From Marsupella aquatica (lineage: Eukaryota > Plantae > Marchantiophyta), in NCBI GenBank assembly GCA_973895155.1, contig OZ316897.1, positions 4,310,211 through 4,374,210 on the forward strand: DNA of 64,000 nt, written 5' to 3'. Every line of letters begins with the position of its first letter. Within the stretch, counting starts at the first letter, position 1. This document shows, piece by piece, positions 62,407-64,000 of the stretch. Position numbers and translations under genes: made by a program. The notes under the pieces are model-generated. The model was given only the letters and a program-made list of their open reading frames with translations, ran no database searches and was not told the DNA's origin.

Positions 62407-62561
62407 GCTTTTTGCGGTGTGCTTTGTTTCTTCCTCTTCCATAGATTCTTTTTATCATCTCATAATAGGCATGATAGGTTAGCGCTTTTTGCGGTGTGCT
62501 TTGTTTCTTCCTCTTCCATAGATTCTTTTTATCATCTCATAATAGGCATGATAGGTTAGCG
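62407..62561. repeat. Perfect ~78-bp tandem duplication
   Basis: GCTTTTTGCGGTGTGCTTTG...GATAGGTTAGCG occurs twice. Confidence 0.9.
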
Positions 62562-63465
62562 AGGCACAAATTTCCTTTCTTTGTTTTTCACAGGCAGAAA
62601 AGACGCAAGACCCAACCTGAGAGCGGCTTACATCGAGCTAGAAAAAGGTTTGCTGTCCTGTAATTGGATAAAATGCCAGAAAAGTTTTCTATAAACAATG
62701 AATTATGTTATAGAAACAATGAATTATTCATCATGAAATGTGAAGGGGTAAATTCTAAGCTATGAAGTATTTAAGCTTGTGGATTTCTAGGTCTCCCCTT
62801 CTCCAGTTACCTTGCATGATGAAAAACTAAACATTTTATAAGGACTCATTGTCATGAGGTTATAAGATCAAGGGGAAACCACCAAAGAGCCAAGGAAAAA
62901 AGAAACAATTGTTAGATAAGCCCTCCCAGGATAATGTAGGACCAGCTGACGGGGCAAAGCAGCACAAGTACTGCAGTTCACGGGTTTTGAGTATTTGATG
63001 AGTGAAGTACTCTTGGTTACTGCGCTAATTCACAGTAAGAGTCTTTGAGCTTATTAGTTACTGTGCTGAGATACACACTCACAGTCGTCGAGCTGATCCA
63101 CTAGTCTGTACAGTGCCATAGAATTACATAAAACGCAACACGGCCCACGAAACGTTCAGTTGCCGGGACTGCAAAACTCAATGACTGCTTGCTCTAGACC
63201 TCGAGCTTCCAGTGCTGCAATCTAGGACGGTTCCAAATAACCTTGACAGACGAAATTCCAAGCACGCTTCTGTTCTGAAGGTGGAACATGTGTCCTATTG
63301 CCGTACCGGACAAATGGTCACCAATCAAAGCAGCTTCACCAAGGTCCTCATTCAAAGATTCTACGGTAGGATTATCCACTCAAACCTCAGTGATTCCCAA
63401 CAACGGTTGGTTTTCAGTATTTGATTGTTGCTGACACTAGATACAGCCAGCTTATATCGCAAATA

Positions 63466-64000
63466 CTAGTCACCATGCCGCTTCCAACCCGCCCATTCGT
63501 CCACTGTTGGAGTGCTAACGCCAACCTTTCGCAAGTCAAAAAGATTAGCTGAATAACACAACAGAACACAACACAGTCAAATCGAATCAAACCATTTTAA
63601 ACATCAACAAGTCACCTTGCCACATAAACCTAGACTTTTCCAAGATAAATCTCATCAACTACAGTAGATACCTAAGATCCATTCATTTGTTATCCTTTCA
63701 CCACTTTATTGTTTTTGCACTTTTCCTTTCTCTGGTCCGGATAGGAGGGGAAAATATAAACCAGTTGTGTTTGTTGCTGAGCCATTACCCCAGAGACACA
63801 GACTCTTGAGCTACGAATTCAGCTTGCTTCTGCTTAATTATCGTGAGACCATAGCAGTTCAGACAAGCCGAAACCCAACACTCGAATTCAAGTGAAGCAT
63901 ACCTCCTACAAGGTGGACGTACCTTCATGAACTTCAGGAGTGGCAGCCGCAGTGGCATCAGCTAGCACAACCACCTTGGGATAATCTAATGCCAACGCAT
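63466..64000 (-). CDS. Isochorismatase/nicotinamidase-like cysteine hydrolase, last two exons (63923->64000 and 63466-63548); gene continues beyond the window
   Basis: Manual translation (not in the ORF track): ALALDYPKVVVLADATAAATPEVHE|ANLFDLRKVGVSTPTVDEWAGWKRHGD*, with a phase-1 GT-AG intron. This is the typical C-terminus of the plant isochorismatase family. Confidence 0.88.

Overview
Eukaryotic land-plant nuclear DNA with GT-AG introns; the gene set and repeat style suggest a bryophyte or liverwort, which is inference. Left to right: (1) a minus-strand Helitron-type 3' end carrying a captured calmodulin-like EF-hand fragment; (2) a decayed full-length Ty1/copia LTR retrotransposon (3134-10258) with a nested MITE; (3) a two-exon GT92/GALS-like galactan synthase (+); (4) a multi-exon kinesin-5 (-); (5) a probable solo LTR and an RNase Z fragment; (6) a miRNA-like hairpin and a 245-bp tandem array; (7) an intronless AIG1-like protein with a pseudo-GTPase plus GTPase tandem (-), behind a dense W-box cluster; (8) a ZIP2/11-type metal transporter (-) with an upstream GTAC cluster; (9) a conserved uncharacterised six-exon gene (+); (10) the 3' end of an isochorismatase-family gene (-). 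The standout is an intronless secreted polyprotein at 54681-55739 (-) with nine copies of a CLE-like but non-canonical peptide, RLVPSGPNNFSPPH, in a 114-bp repeat. It is a candidate new SGP-type signalling-peptide family. All assignments come from reading motifs by eye; no database searches were run.
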